64,000 nucleotides of DNA from Anaerolineae bacterium (lineage in GTDB: Bacteria > Chloroflexota > Anaerolineae > SpSt-313): the NCBI GenBank assembly GCA_034428955.1, contig DAOUGZ010000024.1, forward strand, positions 5,804 to 69,803, written 5' to 3'. Position 1 is the first letter of the stretch; every line of letters begins with the position of its first letter. Below the pieces are notes generated by a model that worked only from the letters and a program-made list of their open reading frames with translations, ran no database searches and was not told the origin of the DNA. Below are positions 29,203 to 38,481 of the stretch, in pieces. A program made the translations under genes and the position numbers.

Positions 29203-30231
29203 ATGATGAGATGCCTCGCCATCGTCGTCACCTTCGCCTTGCTGGCGACCATGTCCGTCCTGGCCCACACTGCCGTCTCGTCCCCGACCTATGGGCCGGC
29301 GCTCATCGCCCTGAGCGCCCTGGCCTCGACCCTTTTGGGCGGGTGGCTGGCCCGCCGGGTGGAGGCCCTGGAAGCCTCGCTCCACGTCGAGAGGAAGCAA
29401 AGAGCCGAGTTCGAACGCCACAGCCGCGCGATGTATGCCGAGCTAGAGTCCAAACTGGAGCAACGCACAGCCGAACTGGTGCGCGAGCGCGATATCACCG
29501 TGCGCACGGAAAAGCTGAACTCGCTCAGCCGGCTCGTCGGCGGTGTGGCCCACGAACTCAACAACCCGCTGACGGCCATTCTGGGCGAAGCGACAATCCT
29601 CCGCAAGGCCGCCCCACCCGAGGTGCGGCGCGGCCTGCGGGTGATCGAGCAACAGGCTGCCCGCTGCGCCAGCTTGATCCGCGACCTGGGGGCGTTTGCC
29701 GGCCTCGAGCAGGGCAAGGCCCAGCTTCTCGACGTCCATGCGCTTTTGGAGGGAGCTCTGTCGCAGGTGATCATGGTCGCCCCGAGTCAGGATGTAAAGG
29801 TGGTCCGGCAGTATTGGCAGGCCCCATTGGTGACCACTGGGAACATGGAACAACTGCAGGAAGCCCTGGTCAATGTCATCCACAACGCCTATCAGGCCAT
29901 GTCCGGCAGAGAGACCGGGCAGTTGACGCTGCGCACCCGGCCGCAGGAGGGTGGGGGCATCTGTGTAGAGGTAGTGGACACGGGCGTGGGCATCGAGCCG
30001 TCGATCCTGCCCTACATCTTTGACCCCTTCTACAGCCGGCCACGGACGCGGGCGAGCGCACAGGTCGGGCTGGGCCTCAGCATCGCGCACGGGCTGATCC
30101 GAGCGCACGGCGGGCGCATCAGTGCCGAGAGCCAGATGGGTCACGGCACCACGGTGTTTATTGCCCTGCCGCAGGGTGAGCTAGAGATAGCGAGCCACCA
30201 CGAGCACACGGCCGGCACGGAGGTGGCCTGA
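29203..30231 (+). CDS. Sensor histidine kinase (2 TM, HisKA, HATPase_c).
   Basis: H-box VAHELNNPL; N/G boxes. Confidence 0.8.
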   Translation: MMRCLAIVVTFALLATMSVLAHTAVSSPTYGPALIALSALASTLLGGWLARRVEALEASLHVERKQRAEFERHSRAMYAELESKLEQRTAELVRERDITVRTEKLNSLSRLVGGVAHELNNPLTAILGEATILRKAAPPEVRRGLRVIEQQAARCASLIRDLGAFAGLEQGKAQLLDVHALLEGALSQVIMVAPSQDVKVVRQYWQAPLVTTGNMEQLQEALVNVIHNAYQAMSGRETGQLTLRTRPQEGGGICVEVVDTGVGIEPSILPYIFDPFYSRPRTRASAQVGLGLSIAHGLIRAHGGRISAESQMGHGTTVFIALPQGELEIASHHEHTAGTEVA

Positions 30232-30244
30232 GAGCCAGGGTCCG

Positions 30245-30292
30245 GTGTTCAGAGCGCCACGGTGAGTCCTCACCGTGGCGCTCTGAACACCG
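30245..30292 (+). repeat. Perfect 23-bp inverted repeat with 3-nt loop (ggtgttcagagcgccacggtgag tcc tcaccgtggcgctctgaacacc).
   Basis: Begins 14 nt after the stop at 30231; no T-run follows. Confidence 0.8.
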
Positions 30293-30361
30293 CTGCAGGT
30301 CTTGCCCTTCCGTTTTGACTCCTCCACTTCCCCATACTACAATGACCTTGGTTGTTCTGCA

Positions 30362-30380
30362 CCTTGCACAAGCTGCAAGG
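30362..30380 (+). promoter_or_regulatory. Conserved motif, copy D: CCTTGCACAAGCTGCAAGG (perfect 7-N5-7 dyad), 80 nt upstream of the dehydrogenase start.
   Basis: 18/19 identity to the copy A core. Confidence 0.55.
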
Positions 30381-30459
30381 CTGCTGAGCGCCGCGCTCGG
30401 CGGCGTGGGAGCCGCCCCGGCTTACCCGCCAGGATTCCAGCAGCCTATCGGAGGAAACT

Positions 30460-31542
30460 ATGCCCAAGCCCGAAACCATGCAGGCCGTTGTATGCCATGC
30501 CCCGCAGGATTACCGTCTGGAAACGGTGCCCGTGCCCCAGGTAGGTGCGGGGGAGGTGTTGGTCCGCGTCAAAGCAGCCGGTGTGTGCGCCAGCGACGTC
30601 AAGGCATTCTACGGCGCGCCGCGCATCTGGGGCGGCGAAGGCTTTCCGGCCTACACGATCGCCCCGGTGATCCCAGGGCACGAGTTCGTGGGCGAGGTGG
30701 TCGAACTCGGCGAGGGGGCCGCGGAAAAGTATGGCCTGGCCCTCGGCGACAAGGTCGTCTCGGAGCAGATCATCCCCTGCGGCGAGTGCCGCTATTGCCG
30801 GCGCGGCCAATACTGGATGTGCCAGGTACACCACATCTATGGCTTTCACGGTGGCTTTGACGACGGCGCCTGGGCCGAGTACATGAAGCTCCCCGTCGGC
30901 GCCCTGAACTACAAGGTCCCCGCCTCCGTGCCTGACGATCAGGCGGCGCTCGTCGAGCCTCTGGCCTGTGCCATTCACGCCGTCGAGCGCGGCGAGATCA
31001 AGCTGGGCGACGTGGTCGTGATCGCGGGTATGGGCCCCATCGGCCTGTGCATGCTGCAGACGGCCCGCCTCCAGTCACCGGGGCTGCTCATCGCGCTGGA
31101 TGCCAAGGCCGACCGCGTGGCCAAGGCCCTCCAGCTCGGCGCCGATCTAGCGCTGGATGTGACGCAGGAGGATGTGATCGCGCGCGTGTTGGAGCTGACC
31201 GACGGTTACGGCTGCGACGTCTACATCGAAGCCACGGGCCACCCGGCTGCCGTGAACCAAGGGCTGCAGATGATCCGCAAGCTGGGCACCTATGTCGAGT
31301 TCAGCGTCATGGCCGGGCCCAGCTCGGTCGACTGGTCGATCATCGGCGACCAGAAAGAACTCAACATCCACGGCGCCCACCTGAGCCCCTACCGCTACCC
31401 CCTGGCCATCGACTATATCGCCAGCGGCAAGGTCAACGTGGAGGCGCTCATCAGCCACCGCTTTGCCCTGGCCGACTATCTCAAAGCCATCGAAACGGCG
31501 CACAGCGCAAAGGGATCTTCGAAGGTGCTTCTGATTCCATAA
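30460..31542 (+). CDS. Zn-dependent medium-chain dehydrogenase (polyol/threonine/sorbitol dehydrogenase-like).
   Basis: GHEFVGEV.. catalytic Zn motif; structural Zn Cys cluster CGECRYCRRG; GMGPIGL NAD-binding motif. Confidence 0.85.
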   Translation: MPKPETMQAVVCHAPQDYRLETVPVPQVGAGEVLVRVKAAGVCASDVKAFYGAPRIWGGEGFPAYTIAPVIPGHEFVGEVVELGEGAAEKYGLALGDKVVSEQIIPCGECRYCRRGQYWMCQVHHIYGFHGGFDDGAWAEYMKLPVGALNYKVPASVPDDQAALVEPLACAIHAVERGEIKLGDVVVIAGMGPIGLCMLQTARLQSPGLLIALDAKADRVAKALQLGADLALDVTQEDVIARVLELTDGYGCDVYIEATGHPAAVNQGLQMIRKLGTYVEFSVMAGPSSVDWSIIGDQKELNIHGAHLSPYRYPLAIDYIASGKVNVEALISHRFALADYLKAIETAHSAKGSSKVLLIP

Positions 31543-31547
31543 TGAGC

Positions 31548-31628
31548 GGTGGTCAGTAGTCAGTAGACGGTGGCTGTCCCCTGTCTACTGACTACTGACC
31601 ACTGTCTACTGTCCACCGTCTACTGACC
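31548..31628 (+). repeat. Complex inverted/direct repeat: perfect 20-bp stem (31549-31568 with 31583-31602) plus a second, mutually exclusive pairing (31557-31571 with 31612-31626); repeated TCTACTG units.
   Basis: Seen directly in the sequence; lies between the dehydrogenase stop and the next gene. Confidence 0.75.
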
Positions 31629-31643
31629 GGATTGGAGGAATCC

Positions 31644-32129
31644 ATGCCCGAGGAGAGACAAAAGCCACGTTACACCGGCATGTTCAAGCATGTGGATAAG
31701 GAAGGCGGTTACTCCCTTTGGCTGCCCACCGGCTGGCGGCAGATCGATATGGTGGACGGCCACCACGGCGTCATCTTTACCCCCTCCTCCGATAGCTATG
31801 ACACCAGTTTCAGCGCCGAGAAGCACGTGCTCGAGTACACCGTCCGAGAAAAGGACGCGCCCGTACTGCGCAAGGGCTTTGCGGCGGGGCTGGCGGCGCT
31901 GCCCGGCGTCGAGGTCGAGTCTCAGCAAGAGAACATTACCCCTACGTTGAAGACGCTGGAAGCGCGCTTTACCTTCCTTGAGGGCGAGGCGCGCCGCAAG
32001 CGCTGGGTGCGCGTCGTGTACTGGGGCAAGGGCCAGCTTACCCTCATCGCCCAGGGCGCCACACCCGAAGAGTTCGACTATTGGCTGCCCATGTTCTTCA
32101 ACACCATGATGACGGTCGAGATCCACTGA
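31644..32129 (+). CDS. Hypothetical cytoplasmic protein with PsbP/DUF1795-like signature.
   Basis: ATG 31644 after GGAGGA. ..GGYSLWLPTGWRQIDMVDGHHGVIFTP.. resembles the PsbP-fold N-terminal motif. Confidence 0.5.
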   Translation: MPEERQKPRYTGMFKHVDKEGGYSLWLPTGWRQIDMVDGHHGVIFTPSSDSYDTSFSAEKHVLEYTVREKDAPVLRKGFAAGLAALPGVEVESQQENITPTLKTLEARFTFLEGEARRKRWVRVVYWGKGQLTLIAQGATPEEFDYWLPMFFNTMMTVEIH

Positions 32130-32135
32130 CCCGCG

Positions 32136-32738
32136 ATGGCAGAGAATCTCATCGAATGCCCCTATTGCCAGGCCGAGTGGCCGGTTCCTGAGGATCGTGC
32201 GTGGCAAACCTGCGAGGGCTGCGGGCGCGAGTTGCACATCGCATCTCAGCAGGCCTTTGCCCGCGGGCGAGACCACTTTCTGGCCGGGCAAGAGGCCTGG
32301 GCCGCCGCGCTGGACCGCAAACGCAAGCCGGCATACGGGCCGCAAGCCGAGTGGGCCATCCGCGCCATGCAGCAGGCCCACTCGGCGCTCAGCGAGGCTC
32401 TGCGCTTCCGGCTCGCCGACGAACAGCGTGAATACGCCGTCGAGATGATGGCCGAGATCTGCCGGCTGTTCAATGAGCGAGGGATGATTTCTCCGCTGGA
32501 GGCGAGCTATTGGATGCGAGTCACTGTGGAACAGAACTCGCTACGCGAGTGCGACGAGTTGCGCGCCAAGCTGGCCGACCCCGCCCACCGCAGCCTCCTG
32601 TGGCTCCCCCAGCGCCTGCACTGGCGACTGCGCTTCTTCCAGCTCACCCGCGCCCTCAAGCGGCTGGACCGGCAACTGCAAGCCCTGGAGCAAGCCATCT
32701 GCTTCGTCGACCCCCCTCACGCCCGCCGAGCATGCTGA
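32136..32738 (+). CDS. Hypothetical protein with N-terminal zinc ribbon (CPYC..CEGC) and a helical C-terminal region.
   Basis: 7-nt spacing from the upstream ORF; genome-typical codon usage. Confidence 0.5.
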   Translation: MAENLIECPYCQAEWPVPEDRAWQTCEGCGRELHIASQQAFARGRDHFLAGQEAWAAALDRKRKPAYGPQAEWAIRAMQQAHSALSEALRFRLADEQREYAVEMMAEICRLFNERGMISPLEASYWMRVTVEQNSLRECDELRAKLADPAHRSLLWLPQRLHWRLRFFQLTRALKRLDRQLQALEQAICFVDPPHARRAC

Positions 32739-32862
32739 CGCGGCCCTCCCGCAGGTTCCAGGACTCACTACGATAGCGGACCTGGCACATCCTCGGCGAG
32801 CCTGACGGGAGCAGCCAATCGCCTGACCTGCGGGAGCAGGAGCGAGTAGCCTACGAGAGGAG

Positions 32863-35709
32863 CTATTCCTGGCTCCCCATCCTCAGCACCTGGAACAGCC
32901 GCGACTGCACGGCCTCTCGGATTAGCCCGTTCTGGGCGATGAGCTGCACCAGGGCAAAGACGGCGGCCATGGCGATGATGCTCTGCCGGTCCAACAGGAG
33001 CTGCAGGGGCGGCAGCGGCAGCGAGCCGTCGGGTGTGGAGACGCGAAAGTAGGGGATGAACAGACGCGAGGCTTCGACGCCGATGGCGACCCCCGCCAGA
33101 ATCCCCACAGCGAGCACGATCAGGTACTCGAGCTGCACCTGAAAGGCCAACTGCCGGCGGCTGATGCCCATGGCCCGCAGGGTGGCAAAGCGGAAGAGGC
33201 GCTCGCGCATCGACTTGTGATACTGGATCAAGAGCCCAACGCCGGATAGGGCCAGCGAGGCCAAAAAGCCGACGGTCAGCGTCCCATAGATGCCAATCCG
33301 CTCCTTCTTTTCCATCTCTTCTGTGACCAGCGTGTACACATTCTTGTAGGTCACGTCGCTTTTCATGACGCGCGCGAGCGCACCCGCCAGTTCCTCCGGC
33401 TCCGTCTGCGACCAGTCGGCCTTGAGCCAGATGTCGTAGGTGCTCACTCCACCGGTCGTGTCGATGAGATAATCCATACTGCCGACGAGCGCCGCAACTT
33501 CCTCTTCGTAGACGGTCGGGAAATAGTCGTACACGCCGACGATGGTCACAGGCACCTCAAAGCGGTTAGTCCCATCAGGGCTCACGCGGATCTTGATCGA
33601 GTCCCCGACCTGGCGCGCGGAGGCGGCCAGGAACTGGCGCGATACGAGGACGCCGTCGGGGTGCAGCGCCAGGCGGTTCATCAGCGCGCCCAGCGATTCG
33701 TCGCCAAAGTCGGGCCGGAAGGCGGCCACAGAGGTAATCTGAACCCGGTCCACCGCCAGGTAGCGGGCACTGAGGGTTGTCCTGTCGTCCACCGGCACAT
33801 CGGCGCGATAGCTGCCGACGGCGGTGCCGCCCGTGATGCCCGGGATAGCCAGGAGCTGGTCCCAGGGGATCGACCAAGCGGCCGCATTCGCCGGCTCTCC
33901 GGCCGCGGCAAGCCCACTGCTCGGGTCGATGCCGGCGGCCTCGACACTCATCGCCGGAAAGACAATGTCGCTCCCGAGCCGGTAGTACATGCGGTCCACG
34001 AGCCATTGGTCCAGGCTGGCAGCCATCGAGGCCATGAAGACCCCGACGCTCAGCGAGGCCATAATCAGGAGCAGCGAGTTCATGTACTGTCGGCCCTGAC
34101 GGCCCAACTGGCGCAGGGTCAGGCAGCCCACCAGAGGCAGGTGGCCGGAGAGCAATCGGTCCAGCAGGCGCATCAAGCCGGGGAAGAGCTGGGCTGAGAT
34201 CAGCGAGGCAGCCAGCATAGAGAGCACCGGCACCAGAAAGACCAGCGGATCTCGGAAGACGTCGCCAGAGGACTCGTAACCCAGGACGGCGATTGTGCCC
34301 TGCTGCTTGAGCTGATAATAGGCATAGGCTGTGGGGACGATCAAGAGGACGTCAAAATAGAGCCAGATCCACAGCGAGCCCTCATACTGCCGGCTGGCCG
34401 CTCGGGCATAGTCGATGATGCTCCAACGCGCCTGGCGGATGACCGGCCACAGGCGCGCCAGGAGCGCCACGGCCAGGGTCAGCAGGATAAGCCAGGGGTT
34501 GACGCCGGCCAGCGTAACGTCGAGCGGGCTGCGGGGCACAAAGCGCAAAAAGCTGCTCGCATGTCCCATCAGGCGCGCGACCCCTAGGCCGGTAAGCACC
34601 CCCAGCGGGGCGCCAAACAGGATCAGAATGATGCCCTCCCAAAAGCTGGCCTGCACAACCTGGCTGGAGCCCATGCCGCGGCTGACCATGGTCGCTGTGA
34701 CCTGCCGCTGGCCCTCAACAACGATGCCGGCCACCAGGGTCAGAAAGTAGAGCAAAAAGCCAACGATCGGCACGCTAAAGCTAAAGAGCAGGAGGGTCAG
34801 CGGGCGGCGCCGGCCCAGAAACGCTTCCAGGGTAGCCAGCGGCGAGACGTCGCAGCGCACATCGGGCAGCCATTGGCGGATCTGCACATCGGCGCGCTGA
34901 AAGCCCTTCACATAGCGGTCCGCATACTCGGGTACAAAGCCCCTCTCGTCGAGGTTGATCGCCCAAGAGACAGACCCCACCGGCGTGTTCCCCAGATGAG
35001 GCTCGATCCGCGCCTGATAGTCCTCCGGCTGGACGAGCAGGACCATGCGCAGATTGCCGTTGGGATCCGAGGGCCAATAGGGGTCCTCCGGGTCCTTGGG
35101 CAGCCAAGTGCCGGCAATGCGCGCCTTGATCGGCTGGCGGCCCAGGATCGGCTGGACGACGAACTCTTCGCCGGCGACGATGCCCATCTCCATCGCCCAG
35201 GACTCGTGCAGCCAGACGTTCAGCGCCTCGCCGGAGGACGGGGTGTCGATCGGGTCGCCGCTGACGATCTCCATATGCTCCTGAATATGGGTGACAAAGC
35301 CCGCCTTGGTGTTCCCCAGAAGCGTGCCTGCGGCGCCGTAGGGGCTATCCTCGGCGGTCTTGAGCATCAGCCCGACGGACTCGACCGTCACCTCGGACCG
35401 TTCCACAGGGATGCCCAGGTTGGTCTCGTAGGCCGAGGCGATGCTGGCCGCCATGTCCAGGCATTGCTGGGATGAGATGGGCGTCCGCGAGGAGGGGAGA
35501 TAGTACACGCGCAGCGCCAGAGGGGGGCGCCCGACCCGCTCCGACAGCTCCTGCAGCTCGTCCTCCATAATCGCCCGGCTGACGGCCTGGGCAAAAATGG
35601 GGATGCTCACCGCTAGACCCACCGCTAGAGCAATACCGATTACTGATAGCACCGCCAGCCAGGGCTGGCCCCGCAACCGTTTCCAAGCAATCCACAGCAT
35701 ACCAATCAT
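32863..35709 (-). CDS. Large ABC-transporter permease with two FtsX domains (10-TM, MacB/YtrF-like, ~948 aa).
   Basis: Two FtsX-like 3-4-TM blocks each following a large extracytoplasmic domain. RBS GGAG 7 nt before ATG 35709. Confidence 0.8.
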   Translation of the reverse strand: MIGMLWIAWKRLRGQPWLAVLSVIGIALAVGLAVSIPIFAQAVSRAIMEDELQELSERVGRPPLALRVYYLPSSRTPISSQQCLDMAASIASAYETNLGIPVERSEVTVESVGLMLKTAEDSPYGAAGTLLGNTKAGFVTHIQEHMEIVSGDPIDTPSSGEALNVWLHESWAMEMGIVAGEEFVVQPILGRQPIKARIAGTWLPKDPEDPYWPSDPNGNLRMVLLVQPEDYQARIEPHLGNTPVGSVSWAINLDERGFVPEYADRYVKGFQRADVQIRQWLPDVRCDVSPLATLEAFLGRRRPLTLLLFSFSVPIVGFLLYFLTLVAGIVVEGQRQVTATMVSRGMGSSQVVQASFWEGIILILFGAPLGVLTGLGVARLMGHASSFLRFVPRSPLDVTLAGVNPWLILLTLAVALLARLWPVIRQARWSIIDYARAASRQYEGSLWIWLYFDVLLIVPTAYAYYQLKQQGTIAVLGYESSGDVFRDPLVFLVPVLSMLAASLISAQLFPGLMRLLDRLLSGHLPLVGCLTLRQLGRQGRQYMNSLLLIMASLSVGVFMASMAASLDQWLVDRMYYRLGSDIVFPAMSVEAAGIDPSSGLAAAGEPANAAAWSIPWDQLLAIPGITGGTAVGSYRADVPVDDRTTLSARYLAVDRVQITSVAAFRPDFGDESLGALMNRLALHPDGVLVSRQFLAASARQVGDSIKIRVSPDGTNRFEVPVTIVGVYDYFPTVYEEEVAALVGSMDYLIDTTGGVSTYDIWLKADWSQTEPEELAGALARVMKSDVTYKNVYTLVTEEMEKKERIGIYGTLTVGFLASLALSGVGLLIQYHKSMRERLFRFATLRAMGISRRQLAFQVQLEYLIVLAVGILAGVAIGVEASRLFIPYFRVSTPDGSLPLPPLQLLLDRQSIIAMAAVFALVQLIAQNGLIREAVQSRLFQVLRMGSQE

Positions 35710-35730
35710 TATCGACTCCAGGTTGCTCGA

Positions 35731-35749
35731 CCTTGCGCAAGCTCCGAGA
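35731..35749 (+). promoter_or_regulatory. Conserved motif, copy C (CCTTGCGCAAGCTCCGAGA; palindrome CTTGCGCAAG at 35732-35741), 23-32 nt upstream of the divergently read permease start.
   Basis: Flank gctcgacc matches the gctcaacc / gctcagcc flanks of the other copies. Confidence 0.55.
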
Positions 35750-35848
35750 CTCGCCGGCCTACACGGAAAGCGGTTTCACCGCCAAGGCTGCCAAGTGACG
35801 CAAAGGAAACCTGCATAGAGTTGCGCACCCGTCGGGTGGCCGCCTATA

Positions 35849-35892
35849 GCAGAGCGGGCTCCCACGCCCACGGCGATGGGAGCCCGCTCTGC
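35849..35892. terminator. Perfect 15-bp stem / 14-nt loop hairpin (gcagagcgggctccc ... gggagcccgctctgc) between the small membrane-protein gene and the permease.
   Basis: Seen directly in the sequence. Confidence 0.6.
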
Positions 35893-35910
35893 TGGGGGTG
35901 GGATTTGCAA

Positions 35911-36309
35911 TCAAAAGATGAACTGCAGCGCCAAACTCACCAGGAGGACGCCGGCTTGGATGGCCGTGACCTTGAGCACGCGCCGGTAAAAGAGCCCCTG
36001 GCGCATCCCGGCCCGGTAATAGTACTCAAAGAACACAGAGAGTGCAACTCCGGCACAGGCTAGAACGAGCAGCATGCCCCGATCGATGGCGCCGATAGTC
36101 CAGCCATAGTCGCTGCGCCCAACCACTAGCCCCTGCAAGCGCTCGACCGTCACCTGGCGAAAGGCCCACCACTCCATAAACTCTTGCAGGGCAGCGCGAG
36201 CGAACAGAACGTCGAGCAGGAGCAGCGCCGTAGACCCTAACCAGGAGACGACGTACAGCACCGTCTCCCACCAGCGAACCGGCCTTTGCTCGATACTATC
36301 CAAGAACAC
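35911..36309 (-). CDS. Small 4-TM membrane protein (hypothetical), last gene of the opp-type operon (14-nt overlap with the oppF-like gene).
   Basis: Hydrophobic profile and overlap with the upstream gene. Confidence 0.5.
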   Translation of the reverse strand: MFLDSIEQRPVRWWETVLYVVSWLGSTALLLLDVLFARAALQEFMEWWAFRQVTVERLQGLVVGRSDYGWTIGAIDRGMLLVLACAGVALSVFFEYYYRAGMRQGLFYRRVLKVTAIQAGVLLVSLALQFIF

Positions 36310-37375
36310 CTCGCAACTGCAGATCGCGGGCCAGGTGGCAGCTCACAAAATGCCCGGGGCTGACCTCCTCCAGCTTGGGTTCCTCCTTGGCGCACACGTC
36401 TTTGGCGTAGCGACAGCGCGGATGGAAATAGCACCCCGAAGGCGGGTTGGCGGGGTTGGCCACCTCGCCGGGCAGCTTGATCGGGCGGTCCCTCCGCCGC
36501 GGGTCCGGCTTGGGCACCGCCGCCATCAAGGCCTCGGTGTACGGGTGCTTGGGATAGTTGTACAGGTTCTCGGTGCTCGCCACCTCCACCAGCTTGCCCA
36601 CGTACATCACGGCCACCCGGTCGCTGATATGCTCCACCACGCTCAGATCATGGGCGATAAAGATGTAGGTCAGGCCAAACTGGGCTTGCAGGTCCTCCAG
36701 CAGATTGAGCACCTGCGCTTGAATCGAGACGTCCAGCGCCGAGACCGGCTCGTCGCAGATGATTAGCTCGGGGTTCAGGGCCAGCGCACGGGCGATGCCC
36801 AGGCGCTGACGCTGGCCGCCGCTAAAGGCGTGCGGGTAGCGGCTCATGTACTCGGGGCGCATGCCTACGGTGCGCAGGAGGTCGGCGACGCGGTCTTTTA
36901 GCTCCTGGCCCTGGGCCACCTTGTTGATAATCAGCGGCTCGCCCACAATGCGCTCGACGGTCATGCGCGGGTTCAGCGAGGAGAAGGGGTCCTGGAAGAT
37001 GATCTGCATATTCGGCCGCACCGCTGCCAGCTCCTGGCGTGTCATCTGCTCCAGGTTCACCCAGCCCAGCTTGGGGTCGTTGAAGCGAATCTCCCCGGCT
37101 GTGGGCGGCATGAGCCGCAGGATGGTGCGCCCGGCTGTGGTCTTGCCGCAGCCGCTCTCGCCCACCAGGCCCAGGGTCTCGCCGCGACGCACGAACAGGT
37201 CCAGGCCGTCAACCGCCCGCACTGTGCCGGTGACCCGCCGCAGCAGACCCGTCTGCACGGGAAAGTGCTTCTTCAGCCCCTTGACATCCAGAAGCAGGTC
37301 CCCTTGCCCCTGGCCCGAGATAAGCCCATCGCGCGCAAGTCCCGTGGGGCTGGGCTTGGCATCCACATTCATCAC
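36296..37375 (-). CDS. oppF: Oligopeptide/dipeptide ABC-transporter ATP-binding protein (OppF/DppF-like).
   Basis: Walker [10 protein letters not shown]; signature LSGGQRQR; C-terminal oligopeptide-type extension. Confidence 0.85.
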   Translation of the reverse strand: MMNVDAKPSPTGLARDGLISGQGQGDLLLDVKGLKKHFPVQTGLLRRVTGTVRAVDGLDLFVRRGETLGLVGESGCGKTTAGRTILRLMPPTAGEIRFNDPKLGWVNLEQMTRQELAAVRPNMQIIFQDPFSSLNPRMTVERIVGEPLIINKVAQGQELKDRVADLLRTVGMRPEYMSRYPHAFSGGQRQRLGIARALALNPELIICDEPVSALDVSIQAQVLNLLEDLQAQFGLTYIFIAHDLSVVEHISDRVAVMYVGKLVEVASTENLYNYPKHPYTEALMAAVPKPDPRRRDRPIKLPGEVANPANPPSGCYFHPRCRYAKDVCAKEEPKLEEVSPGHFVSCHLARDLQLRGVLG

Positions 37376-38481
37376 TCTTCCTCCCCCGCTTCCGAGTGCA
37401 AGAAGCAGCGCACAGTGTGCCTCTTACCCAGATCCGTCTCCGCCGGCACCCGCACATCGCAGACCCCCGCCATGAACGCGTTGCAGCGCGGGTGGAAGGG
37501 GCAGCCCTTGATGCTCGCGTACGGGTCCGGCACCACGCCCCGGATCGGCTGCAGCCGGGCCTTGGTGCGGCTGCCGACGTGGGGGATCGAGTTGAGCAGG
37601 GCCTTGGTGTAGGGATGCTGCGGGTCGTAAAAGAGGTCCTCCACCGACGCATATTCGACGATCCGCCCCAGGTACATCACGGCCACCGTGTCGCACATCT
37701 GGGCCACCACCCCCAGGTTGTGGGTGATGAAGACGATGGTCATGCCCATCTCGGCCTGCAACTCGCGCATCAGGTCCAGAATCTGGGCCTCGGTCGTCAC
37801 GTCCAGCGCCGTCGTCGGCTCGTCCGCAAAGAGCACCGACGGCGCGCACGAAAGCCCCATGGCGATCATGGCGCGCTGACGCATGCCCCCCGAGAGTTCG
37901 TGCGGGTAGCGCCGCACGACGTTGCTGGGGTTGGGCATGCCGACACGATCCAGGATGTCTATCGCGCGCTCTTCGGCTTCCTGCTTGCTGCAATGCTGGT
38001 GGAGCAGGATGGCCTCCATGATCTGGTCGCCGACGGTGTACGAGGGGTTCAGCGAGGTCATCGGCTCCTGAAAGATCATGGCCAGCTCGGCGCCGCGGAT
38101 GCTGCGAATGACCGGGCCATGGGGGTCCAGGTCCGTGAGGTTCACATCCTCGGTGATCGTGCGGCTCGCGTTCCGCTCCCGCGTGCGGTGGAGGTGGATC
38201 TCGCCCTTGACGATGCGGCCCGGATGCGGCACGAGGCGCATGATCGACAGGGCGGTGACGCTCTTGCCGCAGCCGCTTTCCCCCACCACACCCATCACCT
38301 TGCCGGAGGGCACGTCAAAGCTCACGCCGTTCAGCGCCCGCGATACGCCCAGATCGGTGTAAAAGTAGGTGTGCAGGTTCCTCACCCGCAGGATGGCGCC
38401 GGACTCCGCCACGGCTGATCCCTTTTGCTCGCTCATCGCGTATCCGCCTCCCATCCTAGATCGAGTAGGGATCAACGGCAT
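37372..38481 (-). CDS. oppD: Oligopeptide/dipeptide ABC-transporter ATP-binding protein (OppD/DppD-like).
   Basis: Walker A GESGCGKS; LSGGMRQR; 4-nt overlap with oppF. Confidence 0.85.
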   Translation of the reverse strand: MPLIPTRSRMGGGYAMSEQKGSAVAESGAILRVRNLHTYFYTDLGVSRALNGVSFDVPSGKVMGVVGESGCGKSVTALSIMRLVPHPGRIVKGEIHLHRTRERNASRTITEDVNLTDLDPHGPVIRSIRGAELAMIFQEPMTSLNPSYTVGDQIMEAILLHQHCSKQEAEERAIDILDRVGMPNPSNVVRRYPHELSGGMRQRAMIAMGLSCAPSVLFADEPTTALDVTTEAQILDLMRELQAEMGMTIVFITHNLGVVAQMCDTVAVMYLGRIVEYASVEDLFYDPQHPYTKALLNSIPHVGSRTKARLQPIRGVVPDPYASIKGCPFHPRCNAFMAGVCDVRVPAETDLGKRHTVRCFLHSEAGEEE

